Origin: an uncultured Alphaproteobacteria bacterium
Lineage (GTDB): Bacteria; Pseudomonadota; Alphaproteobacteria; ATCC43930; CGMCC-115725
Length of the DNA: 64,000 bases
NCBI GenBank assembly: GCA_963746885.1
Contig: CAVVDM010000018.1
Location: 16,489-80,488, forward strand
Direction: 5' to 3'
Part shown: piece by piece, positions 36,111 to 45,883 of the stretch
Position numbering within the stretch: the stretch's first letter is position 1
Layout: each line of letters starts with the position of its first letter
Position numbers and translations under genes: made by a program
The notes under the pieces: generated by a model
Databases searched by the model: none
The model's input: only the letters and a program-made list of their open reading frames with translations
Told to the model about the DNA's origin: nothing

Positions 36111-36404
36111 CTACTTTCCCGAGCGCATGTCGTCAGTGTCGCGATAGATCTGCAACCGCGTCACCCGCAGACCGGGGATGCCGTAGCGCTCGATCGCGCG
36201 CTGCCAGGCGAGGAATTCCTCGACCGACAGATTGTAGCGTCGGCAGGCATCCTGCAGGCTGATCAAGCCGGTGCGCACGGCCTGGACAACCACGGCCTTG
36301 CGCCGCACGACCCATCGCTTGGTGTCCGGCGACGGCAGCTCGGCGAGCGGGCCACTTGTCTCGGCGGGATCGCCGCTATTCTCAAAGGGATCGGCTGCGG
36401 GCAT
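36111..36404 (-). CDS. sciP: DUF1153 protein, CtrA inhibitor SciP family
   Basis: The 97-aa protein contains ...RWVVRRKAVVVQAVRTGLISLQDACRRYNLSVEEFLAWQRAIERYG.... Confidence 0.8.
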   Translation of the reverse strand: MPAADPFENSGDPAETSGPLAELPSPDTKRWVVRRKAVVVQAVRTGLISLQDACRRYNLSVEEFLAWQRAIERYGIPGLRVTRLQIYRDTDDMRSGK

Positions 36405-36456
36405 GAGGATCAGCTACAAGTTGGCGTCCGAGACGCACAACCTAGCGGCGTATTGC

Positions 36457-36471
36457 TTAAGAAGCTCTAAA
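36457..36471. promoter_or_regulatory. CtrA-box-like site with one mismatch (TTAA-N7-TAAA)
   Basis: TTAAGAAGCTCTAAA lies in the sciP/dksA intergenic region. Confidence 0.3.
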
Positions 36472-36500
36472 GGTGCCCATTCATTACTCGAGCTATAGAG

Positions 36501-36515
36501 TTAATTGCCGGTTAA
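36501..36515. promoter_or_regulatory. Perfect CtrA box TTAA-N7-TTAA
   Basis: TTAATTGCCGGTTAA lies in the AT-rich sciP/dksA divergent intergenic region. Confidence 0.5.
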
Positions 36516-36778
36516 TTGTCACAAACAATTTTAGCTAAATTAATTACATCTTGCTTTCGCCGCCCCCCTGCGGCGGGGCTGCCACGAACTCCGATCGCGG
36601 TGCCACGGCAGCAGCGGCGATCGGCCGGCGCTTGCCCACCGGCGGTTCCGGCATGGCCGTCATCCGCACGTAAAAATGCGCGCCGAATCAACGCGGTGAA
36701 ATGACGCGGTGACAGTTGAAATGGGTGAACCCGATTCATATACTCCGCGCCCGTCGTCAATGGCGTGTGGGGAGAGTG

Positions 36779-37195
36779 ATGCGCCCGGTTTTGCCGCCCG
36801 ATTATCGTCCCTCCGACGACGAAGAGTTTATGAACCCGTTACAAGTTGAATATTTCAGGCAAAAACTGCTGCGCTGGCGCGCCGAACTCCTCGCCAATTC
36901 GTCAGGCACCCTGCGCCACCTAAAGGAAGAAAGCCTGCTGAAGCCCGATTTGACGGACCGCGCATCGCTGGAGACCGAACGCGCAATCGAGCTGCGCACG
37001 CGCGACCGCGAGCGCAAGCTGATCTCCAAAATCGATGCGGCGCTGATCCGCATCGACACCGGCACTTATGGCTATTGCGAGGAAACCGACCAGCCGATCG
37101 GCGTCCGCCGCCTTGAGGCGCGCCCGATCGCCACCTTGTCGATCGAAGCGCAGGAGCGGCACGAGCGTTTGGAGCGGACCTATCGCGACGAGTAG
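36779..37195 (+). CDS. dksA: RNA polymerase-binding transcription factor DksA (one-cysteine variant)
   Basis: The coiled-coil tip DLTDRA (DxxDxA) is present. The C-terminal block is YGYCEETDQPIGVRRLEARPIATLSIEAQ. A GGGGAGAG precedes ATG 36779. Confidence 0.85.
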   Translation: MRPVLPPDYRPSDDEEFMNPLQVEYFRQKLLRWRAELLANSSGTLRHLKEESLLKPDLTDRASLETERAIELRTRDRERKLISKIDAALIRIDTGTYGYCEETDQPIGVRRLEARPIATLSIEAQERHERLERTYRDE

Positions 37196-37397
37196 TTCGG
37201 CCGGGCACCGACAAAATTCCCGGGGGTGGATCATCGACTTAACACGTCATTAACGCGGCCTTCGAACAATCGGTCGGCGTATAACGGCCGGCCCGGCCTT
37301 GGCCGTCGGCTCGCGTCGCGCACGCCCGATCAGCCGCGACCTGCGGTGCCGCGTCATGCTATTTATGACGGCATTCGAACGAGGCGGGGCCGAGACC

Positions 37398-39932
37398 ATG
37401 GTGGCCGATAGCGATGCTGCCCACCGCCGGGTAAACTGGACCACCTACCGCAGGCTGCCCGGCTGGCTCGGATTGCTGGCCAATACGGCCCTGATCCTGG
37501 CCGCCGGCGCGCTCGGCGCCGCAATACTGTATTTCGCGCGGGTGATCTCAAGCGCCAATGTCGCGGCGGCGGCGATCATGATCGTCTCGTTCGCTGCGGT
37601 TTTCGGGGTCGCCGCCGGCGCGGCGCGATCGCGCTGGCGCCAGGCGGTGCTGACGCGACGGGTCGACATCCTGAGCCAAGCCCTCGACGCCTTGCCCGAC
37701 CCGCAGCTGATCCTGGCGCCCGACGGCCGCATCGCCTATGCGAATACCGCCTTCCACGACCTGTTCTCGAACGCTGACGCGCCCGCCCTCGACCGCATTG
37801 CAGCCGCACTTGCCGATCCTGATACGCTGCCGGATTTCGAGCGGCTGCGCACCCGCGGGGAGGCCGGAATGCGCGCGATCGCCGCGCTGCCGCTGCGCGA
37901 TTCGCGGGGCGCCGCTGCCGGCTGGTTCAACATCGCGGTCAACCCGATCGCCGGGCGGCCGGGCTACACCTTCTGGGACATCCACGACATCACGGCCACG
38001 CCACGAAATGGAGGTCGTGATCCGCGACGAGCGCAACAAGCTCGTCGAGTTTCTCGACGACGCGCCGATCGGCTTTTATTCGGTGGATGGCGCCGGCCGG
38101 TTTCTGTTCGTCAATCAGACGCTCGCCAAATGGCTGGGCTGCACCCCGGCCGAGATCGTCGGCAGCGATGCGCGGCTGCATGATTTTCTCGCCCAGCCGC
38201 CGACGCCGGAAACGGCACCCTGCGACCCGTTCGGCGGACGCAGCGTACGGCGAGCAGCGCGGCGAGGTTGCTCTGAAAACCCGCGACGGACGCGTCGTCC
38301 AGGCGTGGATCAGCCAGAGCAGCGTCGGCGCCGGTGACGAACTGCGCACCCGCTCGGTCGTGCGCGACCTCACCCCCGAGCGCGAATGGGAAACCGCGCT
38401 CCGCCTGTCGCGCGAGCGCTTCCAGCGCTTCTTTGCCAATGCGCCGGTCGGGATCGCGCTGATCGACCGCTTCGGCCGGCTGGAGGAGGCCAACCGGGCG
38501 CTCGGCGAATTGTTCGGCACGTCGCCGCAGGACCTGATCGGCGAGCCGCTGATCGGCTTCGTCAACGACGAGGACCGCCGGGAGATTGCGGTCAAGCTGG
38601 CCGCCGCGGCAGACGGCACGTCGCACCCCGCGCCGGTCGAGGTGCGCCTCAAGGGCCCGCGCGACCGCGCCAGCGTCGTGTTCCTCAGCCGGCTCGACGG
38701 CATCGAGGGCGGCGACGCGCTGATGCTGCATTTCATCGACGTCACCGAGCAGAAGAACCTCGAAGTGCAATTCGCGCAATCGCAGAAGATGCAGGCGGTC
38801 GGTCAGCTCGCCGGCGGCGTCGCGCACGACTTCAACAACCTGCTGACCGCGATGATCGGGTTTTGCGACCTGCTGTTGATGCGCTTCCGGCCGGGCGACC
38901 CGTCCTTCGCCGACATCATGCAGATCAAGCAGAACGCCAACCGCGCCGCCAACCTGGTGCGCCAGCTCCTGGCCTTCTCGCGCCAGCAGACCCTGCAGCC
39001 GCGCATCATCGACATCACCGACGTGCTGGTCGAGCTGTCGCACCTGCTTGCGCCGGCTGATCGGCGAGAACATCGAGCTGAAGGTCATCCACGGCCGCGA
39101 CCTCGGCCTCGCCAAGGTCGACCAGGGTCAGATCGAGCAGGTGATCATCAACCTCGCGGTCAACGCCCGCGACGCGATGGCCGGCGGCGGCACCCTGACG
39201 ATCCGCACCGCCAATGTCAGCCAGGCGAGCGCATTGCGGCGCGGCCACGAGGTGATGCCGGCCGGCAATTACGTGCTGATCGAGGTGGCGGATACCGGGA
39301 TCGGCATCCCGCGGGAGAACATGGCGCGCATCTTCGAGCCGTTTTTCTCGACGAAGGAGGTCGGCTCGGGCACCGGGCTCGGCCTGTCGACCGTCTACGG
39401 CATCGTCAAGCAGACCGGCGGCTTCATCTTCGTCGACAGCGAACCGGGCCGCGGCGCAGTGTTCCAGATCTATCTGCCGCGCCACCAGCTGGCCGACGGC
39501 GCGATCGGCGCGCGCCCCGAGGCGGTCGAGGCGCCGGCGGCCCGCGACCTGACCGGGATCGGCACGGTGATGCTGGTCGAAGACGAGGACCCGGTGCGGA
39601 TCTTCGGGGCGCGGGCCCTGCGCAACAAGGGCTACAAGGTGATCGAGGCGCGGAGCGGCGAAGGCGCGCTCGAGATGATCCACAGCGCCGCCGAGAAGAT
39701 CGACCTCATGATCACCGATGTCGTCATGCCGCGCATGGACGGGCCGGCGCTGATCCGCAAAGTGCGCGAGATCCACCCGGACATGAAGGTGATCTTCATT
39801 TCCGGCTACACCGAGGACGCCTTCCGCCAGCGGCTCGACAGCGACAGCGAGATTCATTTCCTGCCCAAGCCCTTCAGCCTGAAGCAGCTCGCCAGCAAGG
39901 TCAAAGAGGTGATCAGCGGCGAGGTTGCCTGA
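37398..39932 (+). pseudogene. cckA: Hybrid sensor histidine kinase/response regulator CckA, three frame breaks as assembled
   Basis: The domains in order are TM helices, PAS regions, an H-box QLAGGVAHDFNNLLTAMIGFCDLL, an ATPase part (NLAVNARDAM, DTGIGIP, GTGLGLS) and a receiver domain (DLMITDVVMPRMDG). Breaks lie at ~37995-38003, ~38233-37 and TT 39048-49. The start is uncertain, either 37356 or 37398. Confidence 0.8.
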
Positions 39933-40142
39933 GGCGGATAAGCGCACCGCATCCGCATCGCCGATCGTCGCTTGCGGCCGGCGCCCGCAGGTCCCTCTCG
40001 CCGGATGCCCCGGTGGGGCAAACCCTTGCCGAAGCTCGCGAGACTTGCCAATCTCGGCGGGCGGCGGCCGAATGACACGATCGGTTGCGACCGATTGAAT
40101 GCGACGCCGCCGTCGCAACCGGGCAAGAGGCGGGGCGATCAC

Positions 40143-41193
40143 ATGCCAAGCAACGGTGAAAACGACAATCCATCCTACCTCTACCTAGGCCTGGCGGGCG
40201 AAACGGGAAGCGGTCGGGTCGTGCACTCCGGCCTGTTCCGTCTGCGCGATGGCGGCGGCGAGTGGGAGGCGCTGCACCGCGGTCTGCCCGAGGCCCCGGC
40301 GGTGCGCGCCCTGGCGGCGCATCCGGAAAGGCCCGAGATCATCTACGCCGGCACGCAATCCGGGGCCTATCGCAGCGCCGACCGCGGCGAACATTGGGAA
40401 AAGGTCGAGATGCCCGACCACGGCCTGCCGGTCTGGTCGATCCTGTTTCACCCGCACGACCCCGACGTGATCCTGGTCGGCTGCGAGAATTGCGAGATCT
40501 ACCGCAGCGACGATGCCGGCGCAGCGCTGGACCCGCCTGCCGGTCAGCGTGCGCTTCCCCGAGATCACCACCGCGCCCGGCGCCAACCCGGCGAAGCGGG
40601 TGCTGATGCTCGACGCCAGCGCCAGCGAGCCCGATCACCTCTATGGCGCGATCGAGGTCGGCGGCACGATCCGCTCGACGGACGGCGGCGAGCATTGGGA
40701 AAATCTGAGCCACGGCCAATACATCAACGACGACATGGTCGACATGCACGGCGTCCTGGCCAGCCGCTGGCGGCCGGGCACTGTATTCGGCATCGCGCGG
40801 GCCGGAATGTTCCGCAGCGCCGACGGCGGCGACCACTGGAGTCACGTGCCGCTGGAGCCGCTCAACGTCAAGGGACAGATCTACTGCCGCGACATCCGCG
40901 AGGTGCCGGGCAACCCGCGCCACTTGTGGGTCGCGGCCGGCTCCGGGTTCATCAGCGACCTCGGCATCTTGCTGCGCAGCCGCGACGGCGGCGACAGCTG
41001 GAGCCAGGTCGAGGTCGGCGCGCCGGTGCCGCATACGATGTTCAAGCTCGCTTTCGACGAGCGCCAGCCAGCCCTGATGTCGTGCGCCACCAACGGCGGC
41101 GAGGTATGGACCAGCCATGACGCCGGCGAAACGTGGAGCGCGCAACCGCCGCCGCCCGGCGGCACGCAGGTCTACGCCCTGGCGCGCGGCTAA
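40143..41193 (+). pseudogene. BNR/Asp-box repeat beta-propeller protein, one frame break at ~40518-40522
   Basis: Six SxDxGxxW-type boxes are present: RSADRGEHW, RSDDAG.RW, RSTDGGEHW, RSADGGDHW, RSRDGGDSW and TSHDAGETW. The span is 1051 nt, which is 3n+1. Confidence 0.65.
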
Positions 41194-41230
41194 GCGTCGG
41201 CAACGATCCCTTTCACGAAGGAAACCCGAG

Positions 41231-41791
41231 ATGCCCGAGACGCCGACCTTCGGCCGCTATGCCGAAATTCCCTATGACGCGATGACGCCGGAGCAGCAGG
41301 AAGGCTATCGCGCCCTCGTAGAGACCCGCGGCCCGCTCGGCGGCCCGCGCAAGATCTGGGTGCACAATCCCAAGCTGGCGAAGGCCGCCGGACCGATCGG
41401 CGGCCATTTTCACGCCGGCCAGTATTCGCTGACCGAGCGCGAGCGCGAGATCGCCGTCATCATCATCAACAGCAAGTGGCGTTCGGCCTACCCGACCGCC
41501 GCGCACGAGCGGCGCGGCAAGGAGGTCGGGCTGCCGGCCGACAAGGTCGAGGCGATGCTGTCCGGCCTGCCGACCGCGTTCGCCGACGAGCGCGAGCAGA
41601 TCGTCTACGAAATGGCAATCTGCCTGTCCAATTCGCGCTGGGCCTCGAAGGGGCTTTACGATCGCGCGGTCAAGGCGCTCGGCCATGTCGGCATCACCGA
41701 CGTGATCACGCTGATGGGCTATTACACCAGCGTCTCGATGACGCTCGCCTTTTACGATGTGCCGGCCGGCGCGCCGGGCATGGCGCGCTGA
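41231..41791 (+). CDS. Carboxymuconolactone decarboxylase (AhpD-like) family protein
   Basis: The 186-aa protein contains ...LTEREREIAVIIINSKWRSAYPTAAHERRG.., which is typical of the CMD family. Confidence 0.7.
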   Translation: MPETPTFGRYAEIPYDAMTPEQQEGYRALVETRGPLGGPRKIWVHNPKLAKAAGPIGGHFHAGQYSLTEREREIAVIIINSKWRSAYPTAAHERRGKEVGLPADKVEAMLSGLPTAFADEREQIVYEMAICLSNSRWASKGLYDRAVKALGHVGITDVITLMGYYTSVSMTLAFYDVPAGAPGMAR

Positions 41792-41830
41792 GGCGGTCGC
41801 GGCAGGCCGCACCGAGTGGGGGGAACCGGC

Positions 41831-43429
41831 ATGAACGATCCCGTGGATGTGCTGATCATCGGCGCCGGCGCGTCGGGCGCGGCCGTGGCGTGGAGCCTCG
41901 CCGAGACAAAAATGCACATCCTCTGCCTCGAGCAAGGCGGCTGGATGAACCCCGAGACCTATCCCAGCACCGGCCGCGACTGGGAGGCGCGCTTCTTCGG
42001 CGACTATTCGCCCAGCCCCAACATCCGCGCCCGGCCCGAGGACTATCCGGTCAACGACGACAACTCGCCGATCAAGGTCGTCAACTTCAACGGCGTCGGC
42101 GGCGGCACAATCATGTACACCGCGCACTTTCCGCGCCTGCATCCGTCGGACTTCCGCGTGCGCAGCCTCGACGGCGTGGCGGACGACTGGCCGGTCGATT
42201 ACGCCACGCTGGCGCCGTTCTTCGAGGAGAACGACCGGCTGATGGGGGTCTCCGGCCTCGCCGGCGATCCCGGCGTGCCGCCGCGCACCCCGCCGATGCC
42301 GCCCTTGCCGCTCGGCCGCTCCGGCGCGATGCTGGGCAACGCGATGAACCGGCTCGGCTGGCACTGGTGGCCGTCCGATACCACGGTCGCGACGGTGGAT
42401 TACGAGGGGCGCGCCAAGTGCATCAATCTCGGCCATTGCACCCCCGGCTGCGCGCAGGGGGCGAAAGCCAGCACCGACATCACCTATTGGCCCGCGGCGC
42501 GCCGTGCCGGGGTCGAGTTGCGCACGCATTGCCGGGTGCGCGAGATCACGACCAACGAGGAGGGCATGGCATCGGGCGTCGTCTATTACGACGCCGAGGG
42601 AGTCGAGCAGTTTCAGGCCGCCGAGGTGGTCATCCTCGCCTGCAACGGCGTGGGCACGCCGCGGCTCTTACTGAATTCGGCCTCCGGGAAGTTCCCGGAC
42701 GGGCTCGCCAATTCCAGCGGCCTCGTCGGCAAGAACCTGATGTTCCACCCCTATGCCCAGGTCTACGGCTATGTCGCCGCGGCGACCGACAGCAACCGCG
42801 CGCCGCCGACCTGCCTGTGGAGTAAGGAGTTCTACGAGACCGACCGGTCGCGCGGCTTCGTGCGCGGCTACACGTTTCAGTTCGGCCGCGGCATCGGACC
42901 GATCATGGAAGCGGTCCAGAGCGACGCGAAGGGGATTTTGCCGTGGGGGGCGGGCCATCACGCCGCCTTCCGCCGCTTCAACGGCCACCGCCTGACGCTG
43001 TCGGCGATCTGCGAGGACCTGCCGGAGGAACACAACCGCGTCACGCTCGATCCCGTCCTGAAGGACTGCCACGGCATCCCGGCGCCGCGCATCGACTACC
43101 GGATCGGCGAGAATACGGCGCGGATGATGGAACACGGCATCGCCCGCGCAAAGGAGATCCTCGCCGCAGCCGAGGCGACCGACATCTGCGTCAACAGCCC
43201 GATAGTCCAGGGCGGCTGGCACCTCCTGGGCACCGCCCGCATGGGCACCGACCCCGAACGTTCGGTCGTCAACGAATGGGGCCGGTCGCATGACGTGAAG
43301 AACCTGTTCATCGTCGACGGCAGCCTGTTCGTCACCTCCGGCGGGGTCAACCCGACCTCCACCATCCAGGCGCTGGCGCTCTACGTCGCCGACCAGATGA
43401 AGCAGCGCCTGGCCAATCTGTTCGACTGA
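41831..43429 (+). CDS. GMC family FAD-dependent oxidoreductase
   Basis: The N-terminal block DVLIIGAGASGAAVAWSLAE is present. The C-terminal block is ...HLLGTARMG........HDVKNLFIVDGSLF. Confidence 0.9.
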   Translation: MNDPVDVLIIGAGASGAAVAWSLAETKMHILCLEQGGWMNPETYPSTGRDWEARFFGDYSPSPNIRARPEDYPVNDDNSPIKVVNFNGVGGGTIMYTAHFPRLHPSDFRVRSLDGVADDWPVDYATLAPFFEENDRLMGVSGLAGDPGVPPRTPPMPPLPLGRSGAMLGNAMNRLGWHWWPSDTTVATVDYEGRAKCINLGHCTPGCAQGAKASTDITYWPAARRAGVELRTHCRVREITTNEEGMASGVVYYDAEGVEQFQAAEVVILACNGVGTPRLLLNSASGKFPDGLANSSGLVGKNLMFHPYAQVYGYVAAATDSNRAPPTCLWSKEFYETDRSRGFVRGYTFQFGRGIGPIMEAVQSDAKGILPWGAGHHAAFRRFNGHRLTLSAICEDLPEEHNRVTLDPVLKDCHGIPAPRIDYRIGENTARMMEHGIARAKEILAAAEATDICVNSPIVQGGWHLLGTARMGTDPERSVVNEWGRSHDVKNLFIVDGSLFVTSGGVNPTSTIQALALYVADQMKQRLANLFD

Positions 43430-43437
43430 GGCAAGCG

Positions 43438-43884
43438 ATGCCCACGGGAAGCCCCTTGACTCCAGCTCAACGCGACGATCTGCGCGCGATCGCTGGCGTA
43501 ATCATCCCGGCCAGCGCGGAATTCGACGTGCCCGGCGCCGATGATCCCACGATCCAGGCCGACATCGTGGCAACCCTCGGCCGCGACGCGGGGCTTGTGC
43601 GGCAGGCGCTCGACCTGCTCGCCCGCCTCGCCGGATCGCCGCTGGCTACTCTCGACCAGGCCCGGCGGGAGGCGGTGGCGATGGAATTGCGCGCAACGGG
43701 CGGGGCCGCGGTGGCGACGCTGACGCGCGTCGTCCTGCAATGTTATTACCGCGACGATCGCGTCGTCCGTTCCCTCGGATTGGAGCCGCGCCCACCCTAC
43801 CCGAAGGGTCACGTCCTGGAAGACGGCGACTGGTCGCTGCTCGACCCGGTTCGGGCGCGGTCGCCAATGTGGCGGCGCGCGTAG
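43438..43884 (+). CDS. Small subunit accompanying the GMC oxidoreductase (gluconate 2-dehydrogenase subunit 3-like)
   Basis: The 148-aa ORF lies 8 nt downstream of the GMC gene. It contains ...VVLQCYYRDDRV.., a motif typical of this family as I recall it. Confidence 0.6.
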   Translation: MPTGSPLTPAQRDDLRAIAGVIIPASAEFDVPGADDPTIQADIVATLGRDAGLVRQALDLLARLAGSPLATLDQARREAVAMELRATGGAAVATLTRVVLQCYYRDDRVVRSLGLEPRPPYPKGHVLEDGDWSLLDPVRARSPMWRRA

Positions 43885-43915
43885 CCTGCGCGGAACATTT
43901 GGCGGAAAGAAACCG

Positions 43916-44743
43916 ATGCGCGTCAGCACGATGATCCGGATCAATGCCGCGGCAAGCGCCGATGGCGGGCTGATCGATCGCATCACGAATTTCGGCCGGC
44001 AGATCGAGGCCCGCGGCTTTCCCGGCATCTGGATCGGGGACTCGCTGGGCCGCCGCCCAAACATCGATTCGCTCCAGGTGTTGACGGCGCTTGCGGCGGT
44101 TACCTCCAAGGTCGAACTCGGGATCGCGGTTCTGCAACTCCCGTTGCGCAACCCGATCGAACTCGCCTATCGGGTGCAGTCGCTGCAGGCGATGTCGAAC
44201 AACCGCCTGATCCTCGGCGTCGGCAGCGGCTCGACGCGCGGCGATTTCGAATTGCTCGGCTACGATTACGATCAGCGTTTTCGCACGTTCAGGGACGACC
44301 TCGAAATCATGAACCGCGTGTGGAACGGCGAGCCGGTCAATGGCGGCACATTGCCGACCTGGCCGGGATGCAAGGGCGGGCCGCCGCTCCTGATCGGTGC
44401 CTGGCGCAGCCCCCGCTGGATCACCTACGCCGCCAAGGAAGCCCAGGGCTGGACCCCGTCCGGGCGGTACAGCAGCCTGGAGGACCTGGAATACGGCATG
44501 AAGATCTATCGCGAGGCCGGCGGCACCAATGCCGTCCTCGCCAACTGCGCGGTCGACCTCGCCGAGCGCCCCGAATCCGTGGAACTGGCGAAGCTGGCAT
44601 CGGTCAATTTCATCTGCCCGCCCGAGGAGGCGCGCCGCCGCATCAGGCGCGTCGAAGAGATGGGCTTCGAGGAAATCCTGATCGGCTCGCAATTCGGCGC
44701 GATCGACGAGATCGAGCGCATGCGCGACTTCCTCAAGTCGTAA
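43916..44743 (+). CDS. LLM class flavin-dependent oxidoreductase
   Basis: The 275-aa protein contains ...GFPGIWIGDSLG... and LILGVGSG.., which indicate a luciferase-like TIM barrel. Confidence 0.8.
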   Translation: MRVSTMIRINAAASADGGLIDRITNFGRQIEARGFPGIWIGDSLGRRPNIDSLQVLTALAAVTSKVELGIAVLQLPLRNPIELAYRVQSLQAMSNNRLILGVGSGSTRGDFELLGYDYDQRFRTFRDDLEIMNRVWNGEPVNGGTLPTWPGCKGGPPLLIGAWRSPRWITYAAKEAQGWTPSGRYSSLEDLEYGMKIYREAGGTNAVLANCAVDLAERPESVELAKLASVNFICPPEEARRRIRRVEEMGFEEILIGSQFGAIDEIERMRDFLKS

Positions 44744-44848
44744 TCCGGCGCGACCCGGGTCAAGATGCCTGCCGCCATCCGCTTCGAGCAGGCGGCGCCG
44801 GGTGGCCGCAGCGCGCCATGCGACGACGACACTGGGAGGTTTGCCAGC

Positions 44849-45832
44849 ATGAAGGTCGGTCTGTTCCTCAATACGCAATTTCCGGAAGGCTATGATGTCG
44901 CGGCGGAGGTGCCGGGGATCGTCGAGCAGGTGCGCACGGCGCGCGATGCCGGGTTCACGTCGCTGTGGTTCCCGCACCACTGGCTGACCTATCCGATGCA
45001 GATGCTGCAGATCGGGCCGATGATGGGCTACCTCGCGGCGCACGCCGAGGGGATGACGATCGGACCGAACATCCTGATCCTGCCGCCGCAGAACCCGGTG
45101 CATGTCGCCGAGGAATCCGCGACGCTCGATGTCCTGACCAACGGCAACTACGTCCTCGGCCTGGGCCTGGGCTATCGCCAGCCCGAGTTCGACGCGTTCG
45201 GTGTTCCGTTGTCGGAACGGGCGCCGCGGTTCAACGAGAGCATCGCGCTGATGAAGCGCCTGTGGACCGAGGACCGGGTCACTCACCAGGGCCGCTTCTA
45301 TACCGTCAACGATGCCGGGCTCAGCCTGAAGCCGGTGCGGGCCGGCGGGCCGCCGCTGTACATCGCGGGCCAGGCTGATGTCTCGGTCAAGCGCGCCGCC
45401 CGGATCGGCGATGCCTGGCTGATCGTCAACAGCAGCGGTCTCGGCAAGACCGTTCCGCTGATGAAAACCTATCGCGCCGCGCTGGCCGAATATGGGCGGA
45501 CCGCGACGGATTTCCCGATCACGGTGGAATGCTATGTCGGCGAGAACAACGCCACCGCGCATGAGGAATGCCGCGAGCCGCTGCAATACAAATACAACGC
45601 TTATGCCGCCTGGGGCCTGGAAGGACGGCAGGCGACGGAGGCGCAGCCCCCGTTCACCGAGTTCGCCCGCGACAAATTCATCATCGGCGACAAGGTCGCG
45701 GTCAAAGAGGAAATCACCCGGTATCACGAACTGCTCGGCGTCAATCACTTCATCATGCGCTGCCAATGGCCCGGATTACCGGTGGAACGCACACTGGCGT
45801 CGATCCGGCGGCTGGGGGAGATTTTCGCATGA
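44849..45832 (+). CDS. LLM class flavin-dependent oxidoreductase
   Basis: A GGGAGG precedes ATG 44849. The protein starts MKVGLFLNTQFP and contains ...GFTSLWFPHHW... and LGLGLGYR.. Confidence 0.8.
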   Translation: MKVGLFLNTQFPEGYDVAAEVPGIVEQVRTARDAGFTSLWFPHHWLTYPMQMLQIGPMMGYLAAHAEGMTIGPNILILPPQNPVHVAEESATLDVLTNGNYVLGLGLGYRQPEFDAFGVPLSERAPRFNESIALMKRLWTEDRVTHQGRFYTVNDAGLSLKPVRAGGPPLYIAGQADVSVKRAARIGDAWLIVNSSGLGKTVPLMKTYRAALAEYGRTATDFPITVECYVGENNATAHEECREPLQYKYNAYAAWGLEGRQATEAQPPFTEFARDKFIIGDKVAVKEEITRYHELLGVNHFIMRCQWPGLPVERTLASIRRLGEIFA

Positions 45833-45883
45833 GGCGAGCGCTGAGCGCGGTCCAGCAGTCAATTTTCGGTTAGGGAGGAAACG

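Noticed and set aside
36512-36760. ORFs 36512..36760(-) and 36516..36704(+) in the sciP/dksA intergenic region.
   Set aside because: They span the AT-rich promoter region, lack a ribosome-binding site and have implausible composition. The region is better explained as regulatory DNA.
37196-37397. Small ORFs between dksA and cckA (37226..37411 and 37250..37444).
   Set aside because: They are Arg/Pro-rich with no start context. This is probably the cckA 5' region, and the true cckA start may lie at 37356.
43646-45766. 706-aa ORF on the minus strand spanning three LLM genes. Similar long antisense ORFs include 1982..3763(+), 4767..6350(+), 19987..21810(-), 28403..30139(+), 49045..50910(+) and 62332..63981(+).
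   Set aside because: They are Arg/Ala/Gly/Pro-rich with no recognisable motifs. Each lies opposite a well-supported gene with strong family signatures. These are typical shadow ORFs of GC-rich DNA.
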